Notes: generated by a model from the sequence alone, not told the origin. Shown: positions 1 through 13,924, counted from the first letter of the stretch. The stretch is 64,000 bases of DNA from Eledone cirrhosa (GCA_964016885.1 OZ024741.1:210242001-210306000), one strand, 5' to 3'. Program-made: numbers and translations.

Positions 1-50
1 CCACCAACAACAACAACACCACCACCACCACCACCACCACCACCACCACC

Positions 51-103
<53 letters not shown>

Positions 104-250
104 AGCCAGTTCCAGCAGTACCACCACCACCCTCACCACCACTACCAACTACAACAACAACATCAGTTCCAGCAGCAGTAGCACCACCACCACCACCCAA
201 CCATCACCACCACCACAACAACAACACCAACAACAACACCAACAACAACT
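1..250. repeat. (CCA)n/(CAA)n trinucleotide low-complexity repeat
   Basis: Directly visible runs of cca/caa/acc triplets. Confidence 0.95.
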
Positions 251-422
251 ACATCACTTATTAACTCCATTTAAACAATACTGCTAGATTAACTCAATTT
301 AGACAACAACTGGCGTTCTACTTCCTGAATACATTTCAATAACCAACAAGAGCTATTTATTAGTTTCATCTAATCAACAACGCCGCCATCTTTAATACTT
401 TATTAACTCCATTTAAACAACA

Positions 423-660
423 AAACTAATAACTTACTTATTAGTATGGTATGGTAAGGTCCGGTAATTCTAGGTGGAGTTGTAGGAGTCCGTAGTGACA
501 TACGAACGGATCACTGTAGGCTCCGAAACAACGAAACTAATAATTTACTTATTAGCATGGTATGGTAAGGTCCCGTAACTCTTGGTGGGGTTGTAGGAGT
601 CCGTAGTGACATACGAACGAATCACTGTAGATGTGGTTCGAAACAACAAAACTAATAAAT
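423..660. repeat. ~112-bp unit, two tandem copies, with further copies at ~943-1062 and ~1411-1510
   Basis: Unit ttattagtatggtatggtaaggtcccgtaactc...gtagtgacatacgaacg..tcactgtag..ctccgaaac recurs. Its core resembles the SINE 3' tail seen at 25700-25760 and 50435-50480. Confidence 0.8.
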
Positions 661-829
661 TACTGTTTACAACAGATTGTTAGGTTTTAAGGGAAAACCC
701 ACGAATATGCAGGGGTACACTGTATATATATGCAACAGATTATTAGTATAAATCAAACGCAAACTAAGCATTTCTTGTACTTTAAACATTACAACACTTA
801 TTGAATGACAAGTCAGTCAATCATATTGG

Positions 830-941
830 TGGCCTCCTCACATCCCCGGCGGACAGAATGGAAAAGGCGTTTCCCCGGAGGACGGCAAGGGAGACGCGCT
901 GGAAAAGCCATTCCAGCTCGCGAAGCTTACACCTGCGGCTG
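830..941 (-). pseudogene. CRE-like non-LTR retrotransposon, restriction-like endonuclease C-terminal fragment
   Basis: Nucleotide copy of the 3' part of 1085-1400. Confidence 0.6.
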
Positions 942-1084
942 ATAGTATGGTAAGATCCCGTAACTCATGGTGGAGTTGTAGGAACGCTGTAGTGACATAG
1001 GAACGAATCTCTGTAGATATGCTCCGAAACAATAAAACTAATAACTTACTTATTAGTATGGTATTATCAGCTACAGAAAGGGTT

Positions 1085-1400
1085 AAATAATCATATTAAT
1101 GACCTCCCCACAGCCCCGGCGGACAGAATAGTGAAGGAGTTTCTCCGGAGGATGGTAAGGGAGGCGCGCTGAAAGAGCCGTTCCAACTCGCGAGGCTCAC
1201 ACCTGCGGATGGCCAGCTCAGTAACCCTACGGCCGAGGAGACCAGAAGTCTCCACTGCCCAGGGTACGACCGCAAACCTGTCGGAGAGCGACCGGTATTT
1301 GGAGAGTTTGGCCTCCTCAGCCCGACGTGCAGCCGAACCTGGGTTAGTTGCAGACTGCACCAGGTTGTGGCTGGAGAATGTGTAAAATTACGGGTCACAG
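1085..1400 (-). pseudogene. CRE-like non-LTR retrotransposon, restriction-like endonuclease C-terminal fragment
   Basis: ORF 1091-1360 reads GSAARRAEEAKLSKY..FAVVPWAVETSG..LFQRASLTILRRN. This matches the AA..AE..K..KY / F.P.AVET.G / QRIS..IQRGN C-terminal signature of CRE-type RLE proteins. Confidence 0.7.
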
Positions 1401-1552
1401 GTGGCCGATACTTATTAGTATGGTATGGTAATGTACCGTAACTCTTGATGGAGTTGTAGGAGCGCCGTAGTGACATACGTACGAATCACTGTAAATGTGC
1501 TCCGAAAACGAATAATCCATGCATCTGCCACCGCTGTTGTTGAGCAGTTCTA

Positions 1553-1768
1553 CAGGGTGGACCAGAATTCACGACTCGCTTGTTAGTTATATGTCTTAAC
1601 ATGCTTATTGTTATTGTTATTGTATTGTTTTAATTTATTATTTTATTTCTTATCTTGTTCATAATATCATGCCTGTATATGGTATTATGTTCCTTAACTA
1701 GTTTTATAACATTTTGTGTTAATAGATCTATAAATAATCAAGTGAGTCATGAATTCTGGCCCACCCTG
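1553..1768. mobile_element. Tc1/mariner-type MITE
   Basis: ~31-bp TIRs CAGGGTGGACCAGAATTCACGACTCGCTTG / CAAGTGAGTCATGAATTCTGGCCCACCCTG, flanked by TA on both sides (1551-1552, 1769-1770). Confidence 0.85.
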
Positions 1769-1924
1769 TATAGGTAGCGAGATCGAAATATTGCGTTGGT
1801 TCTGTACCTCTAGCTTCATATTGATCTAAATTCCCTACTATATATATATATATATATATATGCGTTTCTTGGGCATTTTAAGCTTGTCGGAGCCCATCAC
1901 TCTCCAGGTCTGAATATTATATAT

Positions 1925-2165
1925 ATGTGTTTCTTGGGCATTTTAAGCCTGGTGGGGCCCATATCTCTCGAGAAGGATAGGGAGAGTGACAAATAGGAAG
2001 TGATAAAGAGGTATAGTACTTGACTGGTACTTTTTTTTATCGACATCGAATGGATAAAAGGCAAAGTTGACTTCGGCGGGATTTGAACTCAGAGGACAGA
2101 AAGCCGAAAACGAATACCGCAAAATATTCTATCTGACGTTCTAACGACTCTGCCAATTCACTGCC
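1925..2165 (-). mobile_element. tRNA-derived SINE (Nin/Deu-like central domain, hairpin-bearing 3' tail)
   Basis: Minus strand: B-box gagttcaaatccc, then ctttgccttttatcc..tcgataaaa..gtaccagt, then a ccaggcttaaaaatgcccaagaaac tail. Same layout at 25700-25985 and 50420-50745. Confidence 0.8.
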
Positions 2166-2169
2166 TTAA

Positions 2170-3356
2170 CCCTTTAGCATTTAAACCGGTCATATTCGGC
2201 CGGAATTCTCTCACCTCTTTCTTTCCAAACCGGCTGTAACTAGCCACTCATACTGATGTTAAGGTTTTGTTTTCAAAGTAAATAATAACATCATCAACAT
2301 CTCATAGATTCGATATGAATAATTATGTGAGATAAAGCCTTTACCATTAAAACACATTAGTATATATATAGAGTAATGTGAATGCCATGTGAGATATTAT
2401 GTGAGGTAAAGCCTTTACCATTAAAATACAATAGTATATATATAGAGAGTAATGTGAATGCCATGTGAGATATTATGTGAGGTAAAGCCTTTACCATTAA
2501 AACACATTAGTATATATATAGAGTAATGTGAATGCCATGTGAGATATTATGTGAGGTAAAGCCTTTACCATTAAAATACATTAGTATATATATAGAGTAA
2601 TGTGAATGCCATGTGAGATATTATGTGAGGTAAAGCCTTTACCATTAAAATACAATAGTATATATATAGAGTAATGTGAATGCCATGTGAGATATTATGT
2701 GAGGTAAAGCATTTACCATTAAAATACAATAGTATATATATAGAGTAATGTGAATGCCATGTGAGATATTATGTGAGGTAAAGCCTTTACCATTAAAACA
2801 CATTAGTATATATATAGAGTAATGTGAATGCCATGTGAGATATTATGTGAGGTAAAGCCTTTACCATTAAAATACAATAGTATATATATAGAGTAATGTG
2901 AATGCCATGTGAGATATTATGTGAGGTAAAGCCTTTACCATTAAAATACAATAGTATATATAGAGAGTAATGTGAATGCCATGTGAGATATTATGTGAGG
3001 TAAAGCCTTTACCATTAAAATACAATAGTATATATAGAGAGTAATGTGAATGCCATGTGAGATATTATGTGAGGTAAAGCATTTACCATTAAAACACGAT
3101 AGTATATATAGAGAGTAATGTGAATGCCATGTGAGATATTATGTGAGGTAAAGCCTTTACCATTAAAATACAATAGTATATATATAGAGTAATGTGAATG
3201 CCATGTGAGATATTATGTGAGGTAAAGCCTTTACCATTAAAATACAATAGGATATATATAGAGTAATGTGAATGCCATGTGAGATATTATGTGAGGTAAA
3301 GCCTTTACCATTAAAATACAATAGGATATATATAGAGTAATGTGAATGCTAAAGGG
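2170..3356. mobile_element. piggyBac-type MITE containing an expanded satellite
   Basis: Termini CCCTTTAGCATT / AATGCTAAAGGG with TTAA on both sides (2166-2169, 3357-3360). Confidence 0.8.
2324..3349. repeat. ~74-bp tandem satellite, ~13-14 copies
   Basis: Unit gtaatgtgaatgccatgtgagatattatgtgaggtaaagcctttaccattaaaatacaatagtatatatataga, near-identical copies. Confidence 0.95.
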
Positions 3357-4504
3357 TTAACTTATTAACTTTATCTAAACAACGACTAAGACTTAGTATT
3401 TTATTTATTAACTCCATCCAAATAACAAGACTAGTACTTATCTTATTCCAATCCAACCCAGGGCCTACTCACTCATGTTAGAGGAACCCCTCCCTGATTG
3501 AACTCCACTGCTTCCTGTTGGGTTTTGGTCATGTCTTCAAGGCTGTAGCAGTGCTCACCACGTTTGGTCAATTGCGGGTCTCTGAGGCTATTTAAACCAT
3601 AGTTGTGGTTAATAGCCGCTGGACTCTGAGGAGTTCATCTGCGCTTTTAATAACTCTTTTTTGTGCTGCTAGGGTTCACCGACTCACCTGACTAGGGTTT
3701 GGTGGTGGTGGTGGTAGGGGCTGGTTTCGTCACGGAACATAGAAATATGAAGCAGGTTAAACAGAGTTGCATAATAGCAGTAGCAAGCAGAACTCTGACC
3801 TGACATAAGTTGTGGGGGATGACCGTTGACTCTGAGAAACTTATCCGCACTTTTAACAGTTATTGTTTTTTGAGCTGCTGTGGGGTTTCACTTACTCTCG
3901 TCTCCTAACCAGACCGGGGTCTAGTGGTGGAGCCGGTTTTAATGGTCAACCACTCGACCATGAAGGAGGTTATGATGGGTTACATGATATCAATAGCGGG
4001 CAGAAGCCTGGGTTGATCAGAGCAGGGTCTAGTAGGGAACCAGTTTTAGTATGCGACCACTCGACTACGAAGCATGTTATACTAGGCTATATGACACCAG
4101 TACCAGGCAGAGGCCTGAACAGAAAGGGTCTGGTAGGGGAGTCGGTATAGTCTACGGCCAATGGACGACGAACCAGATTATACAGGACTACATGATACCA
4201 ATAGCAGGCAGGCGCCTGACATGACAATAACTTATTAACTACATCTAAATAAAAAACAAAACATGTTAGTAGTATATATATTAATTCCATCTAAAGAACA
4301 ACACTATTATTATTTTGTTGGTTTATTAACTTGATCTAAACAACAATTATTACTTTATTCCTTCATTTATTAAATCATCGAAGGAGATTTCAAGAGCAGG
4401 AAGAAGTTCAAGAAGAAACGGTAAATACACACTCGCATATGTTTTTAGATTAGCAACCTTCAAGCACTCTCTGCTTCCTAGATTGTATAGTGTCAACGTT
4501 AATA

Positions 4505-5085
<581 letters not shown>

Positions 5086-5614
5086 GGATTAACAAATAAT
5101 AGTTAAATGCAGTCCACTTAGGTGAAGTCCAGATATGGTATTCCAGGTAGTGGATGATATTAACGCTTGGCTTGGTTTGACTCAACAAGGCGTTTTCATA
5201 GTGATGCTGCGGGTATGCCGTAATTCCTATGTTGTAAGGAGTAATAATAAATGGAGTAATAATAAATCAGGAAAGAAGCTAATTAGCTTTGACAGTGGTC
5301 CCACTCATGTATACTGTTGAAGATGAAGAGAAAGACTGTAAAAACTAGCTTATCTTTATAATTTAAAATTGATATACACTACGATACTTTGTACATGCCA
5401 ACGCTTCATTTTGCCTTATGACAGCTAGTTTTACACGCCGTAACATTAGATACATTATATACCCCCCACCTAAGTAATGTCAGGGTCTCCTTAAATAGTT
5501 TATTGATAGCATTGTTGTAATTGTTGTTATTGTTCTAATTGAATGCCATTACTACTTCATATAGTAGCCTGTATTTTCTTTTCTTTTCTTGCCTGTGTAT
5601 TTTCTTCATTCTCG

Positions 5615-5727
5615 CATGCTCCGAAGATCTGACTGGTTATAATTCTGTATTGGCGATCGAGTAACGCAAAATTAAGCGAATAGCGATCTCTAGACATACC
5701 AGTTCAGTGAAACAAATGTAAGCTATG
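5615..5727 (+). ncRNA. Type I hammerhead ribozyme motif, long stem II, U4C core variant
   Basis: Stem I catgct/agc(t)atg; core CCGAAGA 5621-5627; stem II ctga-ctggt...accag-t-tcag with inner gatcg/cgatc and cgc/gcg; GAAA 5709-5712; stem III A-caaatg-T; GUA triplet. Confidence 0.65.
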
Positions 5728-5778
5728 TGATTAAAAACTTTTTTGTATAGCAAACCATGTAAACCTTCTTTCCTGATT

Positions 5779-6666
<888 letters not shown>

Positions 6667-6962
6667 ATGGACAATACTCTTGTTTGATTTTGATTTGGTG
6701 GAAAAGAAAAGCATTAGGAAATTCTCTTTCATGTTGGTACATGTTAGTTCTCTCATTTGATATTGGTACATAATAGTAGCATTGGACATTTCTTTAATTC
6801 ACTTTGTCATAGGTATGCACCAATGTCTTTCTCTTAAATATTGGTACAGATGTGAGTTTCTTTAATATCGGCATCAGATCACTAGAGTTAGATTTTAATA
6901 TATTTGCTCTGCCACTAAATATAAACATACGTTCCTACACTTCCTTTTCCTCCCTACCCAAC

Positions 6963-7405
6963 TCAACCATAGTCACCGTCACCGGCGCTAGTACCACGAC
7001 CGAAACCACTAACAAAATCACCGCTTCTACAACTACGAAAACGGTCACCGCCGCCGCCGTGACCACCAACACCACTACCAAAACTTCCTCCGCCCCTCGC
7101 CGTGACCACCAACACCAATACGAAAACTTCCTCCACCCTCATCCCCACTACAACTACGAAAACGGTCACCACCACCCCCGTGACCACAGACACAACTACC
7201 AAAACTTCCTCCACCCACCCCCGGCGTGACCACCAACACCATTACCAAAACTTCCTCCAGCCCCACCCCCACTACAACTACCAAAACCGCCAACATCACC
7301 GCCGTGACCACAGACACAACTACCAAAACTTCCTCCACCCCACCCACCCCCGCTACCAAAAGCGTCAGCACCGCCGCCGTGACCACCAACACAACCACCA
7401 TCCCT
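6963..7405 (+). repeat. Thr-rich degenerate tandem repeat (mucin-like if coding)
   Basis: Repeats gccgtgaccaccaacaccactaccaaaacttcctcc translate AVTTNTTTKTSS, with frame breaks. Partial inverted copy at ~7587-7653. Confidence 0.6.
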
Positions 7406-7524
7406 GTGACAAGCTACATGCAATGGAAATCTATGTACTAAAATAATTGATATATACGCACGCGCACACATATATGTATACGTTTTATATGCATACTTAT
7501 CCATATAGAAACACATACGCATAA

Positions 7525-7558
<34 letters not shown>

Positions 7559-7789
7559 GTTTTGGTAGTGGTGGAGACCATTTGGGAGTTGTAAAAGCGG
7601 TGGTTTTGTTAGTGGTTTCTTTGGTGGTGTTGGCCGCAACGACTATGGTTGAGAGATCACAGCTTCATAAACTACAGCGGGTGTGTTGCATTGCTGTTGA
7701 AGGGTACAAGCTTCGGGCTTACGGAAAGAGCACCTTGGTCGGGTGTTGCTCTTAGAGCTGTTGGTGATGTGGGCCTTCATGTTCTTAGC

Positions 7790-8150
7790 GCAGGAGTATC
7801 CTGGTTCACTTCCAACCGACCAATTCAACCTCAGGAGGTCAAATCCTATGTGGGTATTGCTGAGGGCCGATTTAAGGAACGCTTCCTGAATCACCAGTCG
7901 TTCATCCACGAAACTTGCGAGCCACGTATGGTCCCTCAAGGACTCAAGTATAGACTAATCCATTGAATGGAAAGCTATCACTAAGTCCAAGCCATACGCA
8001 AGGGGAAATCCGTCGTGTGGACTGTGTATTGATGAACGAATAAATATTCTAAAGAGATTACGCAATAGCGGTTGCCCAAACGCAAGAAATGAATTCTTCA
8101 CACGTTGTCCACACGTCTGAAAATACCTCTTACATAAGTACAAAGTTCCG
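7790..8150 (+). pseudogene. Penelope-like element GIY-YIG endonuclease fragment
   Basis: Across frameshifts: KSYVGIAEGRFKERFLNH, TKLASHVWSLKD, IEWKAITKSKPY, CGLCIDERINIL, RNEFFTRCPH. Confidence 0.85.
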
Positions 8151-8314
8151 GATTGAATTACAACAACATCCTAATTTTCTTATCAACTAGAAACTTTCGC
8201 AGTTATCTCCGTTACACCTCGCACGCAATTTAGTATTGCCTGAGTGAAGTGACCATTTCTGCGCATGCGTGTTCATACGGGTGTCCTTCCTGTTCCGTAT
8301 AACCATGTCCATTA

Positions 8315-8352
8315 CGAACTGAGGATCCACTAAGGTGAAGCAATTGTTCTCC
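8315..8352 (+). ncRNA. Degenerate minimal hammerhead motif 3' of the PLE endonuclease fragment
   Basis: CTGAGGA 8319-8325; short stem II cc/gg; GAAG (A15.1 changed); palindromic caattg; GUU; weak stem I. Confidence 0.5.
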
Positions 8353-8447
8353 ATATAGTGATCTAACTGTTGTGTAACCACTTATACCTAACTCGTCCCA
8401 TGGACTGAGTGCTCTACCAATACGGATATTACCTTCCAGTGTTCTAC

Positions 8448-8516
<69 letters not shown>

Positions 8517-8518
<2 letters not shown>

Positions 8519-8571
8519 GGCTTCCTGATGTTTTCTCCGGAAGGAAACAGTTCTAGTCCTGTAGAAGCCTT
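8517..8571 (+). ncRNA. Type I hammerhead motif (A9U)
   Basis: 8-bp stem I agggcttc/gaagcctt; CTGATGT; stem II tttc-tccg-gaag; GAAA; stem III Acag/ctgT; GUA. Confidence 0.7.
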
Positions 8572-8705
8572 TCTATATTAAACATTTATACTCTGGTTTG
8601 TATTATGTACCATACTTACTGTGGTTATCCCCGATTGAACCCGGGATAAACCCATCCTATATAGATATATATGTGTGTGTGTATATGTATATATATATGT
8701 ATGTG

Positions 8706-8739
<34 letters not shown>

Positions 8740-8779
8740 CATCTATATCTGTTTGTATATATATATATATGTATGTGAC

Positions 8780-8861
<82 letters not shown>

Positions 8862-8909
8862 TATGTATATATATATGTATGTATATATATATAAATATCT
8901 ATATATATG

Positions 8910-8994
<85 letters not shown>

Positions 8995-8996
8995 CT

Positions 8997-9056
8997 AAGT
9001 ATGTATGTATACGTACATACATATATGTATACAGACGTACAGTAGCATGCATATAT

Positions 9057-9139
<83 letters not shown>

Positions 9140-9423
9140 CAGGTACACATACATATATGTACGCATCAGTTTAGCGGACGCTTATTATATAGCCCGCTTT
9201 GTTCGTTTGTAAACAAACTGAACAGCCTGAATTTATGCCGCACGGTGTTAAGGCAACCACGTCACCTTTTTGTTCAACACTGACACAGGAACGATGTACT
9301 AGTTTCAAGCTTGTTAGCTATCATCAGCACCGTATACCCATCTGCCAGATAGCTGAACGTTCGAAAGTATATACTTTCCGTACTAAGAGTGAGAAATGAA
9401 ATTTCGTTTTCATTTTATTACAA

Positions 9424-9428
<5 letters not shown>
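8997..9428 (-). mobile_element. Non-coding HHR-bearing element (same family as 57.7-58.6 kb), with inverted terminal piece 9379-9428
   Basis: Reverse complement of 58255-58630, followed by a segment identical in orientation to 58130-58179. Confidence 0.85.
9291..9333 (-). ncRNA. Minimal type I hammerhead, canonical core
   Basis: Minus strand: acggtg CTGATGA tagc-taacaa-gctt GAAA ctag TA catcgt; palindromic stem III actagt; GUA. Confidence 0.9.
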
Positions 9429-9469
<41 letters not shown>

Positions 9470-9480
9470 CTTACATATCT

Positions 9481-9575
<95 letters not shown>

Positions 9576-9602
9576 CATATATATGTATATACATATATAT
9601 AT

Positions 9603-9665
<63 letters not shown>

Positions 9666-9955
9666 TATATACACATATATATATATACTGAAAATATCGA
9701 ATAATGTAAATGTACACCATTTTAACAGAAATAAATACTGATGCACCCACACATTCTCTCTCACACACACACACATATATATATACACACACACATACAC
9801 ACGCGTACATTACCATACAAAGAGACATAGACACACACACACACACTTCTCCGTATAAGATAAGAGCTGAAAAATATCTTTTAACATGTTAAAATATCCC
9901 CCACACACTTACAGACACATTCCTACTGACCATCCCTCTACCACGAATTACTCTG

Positions 9956-10038
<83 letters not shown>

Positions 10039-10559
10039 TCTTAATAGGCATTTGAACTCTCAACAGGCTGCAGTTCGCACACACATCCCTGCTGACCATT
10101 ATCACAACAACAAACTCTTTACTACTACTACACCCACACACATACACATACATATTTGTTGTGAAAGACTTATCTGTCAGTCAGCCGACACAAACCTACA
10201 TTTGGCGCAAAATCAATTTTTTACATTCACATGGCCTCTACCGACCAATCAAAATTGTTTTGACCACAAGAATTTTTGCAACACGAATTGGCGCAAAACT
10301 TATTTTAATACCGCTGGAGCCACTTTTTTAACATAAAAACAGGTAGAATTCCCAAAACTAATCAGATCAGAGCAAACATCACGGACGCTCTATCTCAAAA
10401 TTATTTTTGAAAAGCATTAGAAATGCGCAACCGGTAAAACTTAAAACCAAAACTTAATACTAACCAATACTATTACTAATTATCACTTATTCCTAATTAA
10501 ACTATTTTTCACTGTGAACAATTTGTCAGCATTTTCTATTCCGTTTACCAATATATATA

Positions 10560-11180
10560 TATATATCATACTTAATTGTAACCACATAGCTCGCCATTTT
10601 ATTCATATAAGCTTCCTTCTTCGCTGTGACCCGTCTCTTTTCTCTCCCCTTGTTGCTATCCTCTCTCTCCCCCTTCTTCCCGCTTCTCCCTCTTACTTTC
10701 GCTCACCCTCTCTTGGCTAGCCTGCCACTATAACTATATCTTTCTCGCTTCCTCTTACTTTCACTCACTCCCGCTCTGCTAGTAATCCTCTCTCCGCTAG
10801 CTCACTTCCTCCCTCGGGCCCCATTGTACGCAGCCTCTTCTCTCGCTAACACTACTACAGTGAAGACGTGTCCTTTTCTCTCTTGTCAAACTCGCCAGTT
10901 CTTACGTTCGAAATGATTTTGTTGACTTTATATTTTTCCTATTTTTCCTCTCTTTACGTTGCTTCACCCTTCGTGTTTACATGTTTACATGTCCCCCCCC
11001 CCCCCTTTTATCCCAATAACTTATTTTAGTTATTGTTCGCCCTAGGCTGAGGTATCTTGTCTCTAACGCGAAGAAATACCTATGATTCCTAGTAGACAAC
11101 CGGCGATGGATATTCCATATTCCTCTCTTTCGCCCGTAACTTTTATTTTTTATCAACCCCCCCTACTCTCAAGCGTAAAC
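10560..11180 (+). repeat. Old dispersed repeat, pLTR-like (related copies 23410-23880 -, 42800-43030 -, 48820-49076 +)
   Basis: Shared blocks cgctgtgacccgtct, cccaataactt..ttagttattg and gaaatacc.atga. Confidence 0.55.
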
Positions 11181-11240
11181 TAATATTAACATTTGTACTT
11201 GCCTCTTCGCTTCCACCTTCTTCTTTTGTTTACTGTCTCA

Positions 11241-11271
<31 letters not shown>

Positions 11272-11272
11272 A

Positions 11273-11355
<83 letters not shown>

Positions 11356-11458
11356 TATAGTTGAGACAGTCCACGCTTTGCTATTTTCTATCCACTGAAT
11401 TATTTTTGAATAAGTTCCCAGAGTCCCCGCTTTGCCTGGATACTTAGATGAGAATAGT

Positions 11459-11538
11459 CTTCCCTGACGACGAAATGATTCTCTATATTTTCTTCGGAAA
11501 ATATATTTATTCCATTTCAGAAACTAATTAGTTGGAAG
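11459..11538 (+). ncRNA. Type I hammerhead, canonical core, extended stem II capped by a cUUCGg tetraloop
   Basis: cttcc CTGACGA c gaaatg..tatattttc TTCG gaaaatata..catttc a GAAA ctaattag TT ggaag; palindromic stem III; GUU. Confidence 0.85.
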
Positions 11539-11584
11539 TGATATTTTAGTAAGTAAGTTAATTTTATAATTTTCTTATTTTACG

Positions 11585-11655
<71 letters not shown>

Positions 11656-11797
11656 ACAGGTGGATTCCTCCTACAGAAAGAGGGAGAGGGAGAGTAGGAC
11701 ATGTGCATATATTATTATACATACATACTCACAAGAAAAACTTATGTATACTTTTATACACCGCCCATCACACACATATATATTTATATATATATAG

Positions 11798-11861
<64 letters not shown>

Positions 11862-12228
11862 GTGTGTGTATATAGATATACATACACACATATATATACG
11901 TATTGATATATACATATATACATATACATTTATATAAATATATAAGTATAGACCAGCAACACTTGTTGGAGTCGTATGCGCACTGTAGAGAATTGCGACA
12001 TTTCTTGAGCATTTTTAAAAACCTGACAGAGTTACTCCTTCGCTGGTGTCTGAACACAGCTTATTCCTTCCAGAGAAGGAGAGACTAATTGAGAAAGAGA
12101 TATAGAGGAAGAATCGAACCCCGAACACTGGACTGGTACTATTTTCATCGACCTCTAATGGATGAAAGGCAAATTTAACCTCTTTGGGATTCGAACTCAG
12201 AGCGTAGAGAACTCAGAACTCACTCAGA

Positions 12229-12476
12229 GTGAAGGCGTATGGCTTAGTGGTTAGAGCATTGGGGTTGCAATCGAAAGGTTGTGAATTTAATTCTCGGACC
12301 GGGTGATCTTTTGTTTCCTTGAGCAAGACACTTTCTTTCACGTTGCTCCAGTTTACTCAGCTGTAGAAATGAGATGATAGGACTGGGGTCCCTATGATTA
12401 AATCACCCAAGATACCTCCAACGAGAGGTGGCCTCCTTGGAGGAGGCCAACTAAACCTGCATGAGTGTGAGCTGTA
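12229..12476 (+). mobile_element. tRNA-derived SINE with Meta-like domain (second copy 29540-29783)
   Basis: A-box tggcttagtgg, B-box-like segment, ccttgagcaagacacttt..actcagctgtagaaatgag; inserted between two minus-strand SINE pieces. Confidence 0.8.
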
Positions 12477-12901
12477 ACAACAACATCAACAACTAATGGA
12501 TGAAAGACAAAGTTAACCTCTCTGGGATTCGAACTCAGAGCGTAGAGACCGGAACGAATGCCGCAAAGCAACGTATCTGACGTTCAAACGACTCTGTAAA
12601 TTCATCTGTCTCGTATGGTTATTTAAAAAAAAATTGTTTGACTATTCGTTTTATTGTCCTTGTCGAAACACATTCACTTGTTTTATCTGGTCTCATATGC
12701 ATCTTTCTGGCGGCTTGTTCTAGCTGTCGTTCGGCCTCGACTCAGAATTATGCATTACCACTCTTATATCACGAAATTCTTCTTCTTCGTTCGTCCCAAG
12801 CATTTCAATTTTTGTTTCGTGCGCAACTTTGCTTACAGCTATGTGCAAAGCAAAGCAATAATAATAATAATGTTGATGGTGATGATGATGATGATGATGA
12901 C

Positions 12902-12960
<59 letters not shown>

Positions 12961-13924
12961 GGGAAGAAGACGCACGAGGTGGCGGAAGGTCATGAAATCG
13001 CTCCCGTAGGTTTTGAATTTTTAACATATTTAAATCATTTGTGAAATAACAACTCTTAGTACAAATGCTACGTAAAGCATCCGGCTTGAGCCCCAACAAA
13101 TTCGGACCCAAAATATATTGTTATAAGGCTCAAATATTCAAATATTCAACTTTGTATTGTACATTGTATATTCAAAAAAGAAAATGGCTATAGATGGAAG
13201 AAGAACCCTCCCCTCCTCTGTCTACGCTACAGCCAAACAACACCAGAAACTAGATACAACACCTACCCCATCACCTCTCTGTGTACACTAAACACAACAG
13301 CCAGATAACGGCAATTTCACCACCACCACTCACTACTGCCATCATTACTACCACTACTCCATCACCGCCGCCACCACTCCTTCATTGCTACCACCGCTAC
13401 AACACCATCACTACAGTAATACGATCACATCACCGCCACCACTGCCTCGGTATCGACATCACCACCACCACTGTCTCAGTATCGATACCGCCGCTACTGT
13501 CTCCCACATCTCCCCGCCGCCACCACTCCTTCAATGCTACCACCACTATTCCCCTGTTAACTTGAGAGAGAAAGGGGAAGGTGGCCGTATCACTAGACAA
13601 GGGAGAGGCTAGCAAAAGATATAAATAGATTGACTTAGTGACCTAGCCACGGCCGAACGTCAACATCAACAACTATGCGACTGCTGCCTCACCCCTTCCT
13701 CACCAACAATATAAAAAGCCCCGGCACCACCACCGACATAGCCAACAACAATAACAGCCAACTACAACAAAAAGTATATTATATTATTGTAATGCACTGG
13801 GTGATTGCTGGCCTTGTGCCTGGAGTGGAGACAATTATTAATAATTTCATTCTTAAGCCACGCAATGCTCACATTAAGGAACCACTCATGATAATAACAA
13901 TTTTAAAAAAAACAACAAAAAGAA

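Noticed and set aside
2324-3349. CRISPR-like array (regular period with internal palindrome)
   Set aside because: No unique spacers, the whole unit repeats, the context is eukaryotic and there are no cas genes
3420-4230. GC-richer segment, and 26000-26480, as host exons
   Set aside because: No recognisable domain, stops in all long frames and no clear splice pair
9363-9378. 16-bp palindrome gaaagtatatactttc as a second ribozyme stem III
   Set aside because: No CUGANGA core or stem I in register; also present at 58254-58269 as part of the same element
10150-10470. Possible decayed PLE endonuclease region
   Set aside because: Only vague motif resemblance; no supportable alignment by eye
11056-11100. 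ttgtc..gacaa closed hammerhead
   Set aside because: Core absent; the region aligns to a non-motif part of the dispersed repeat family
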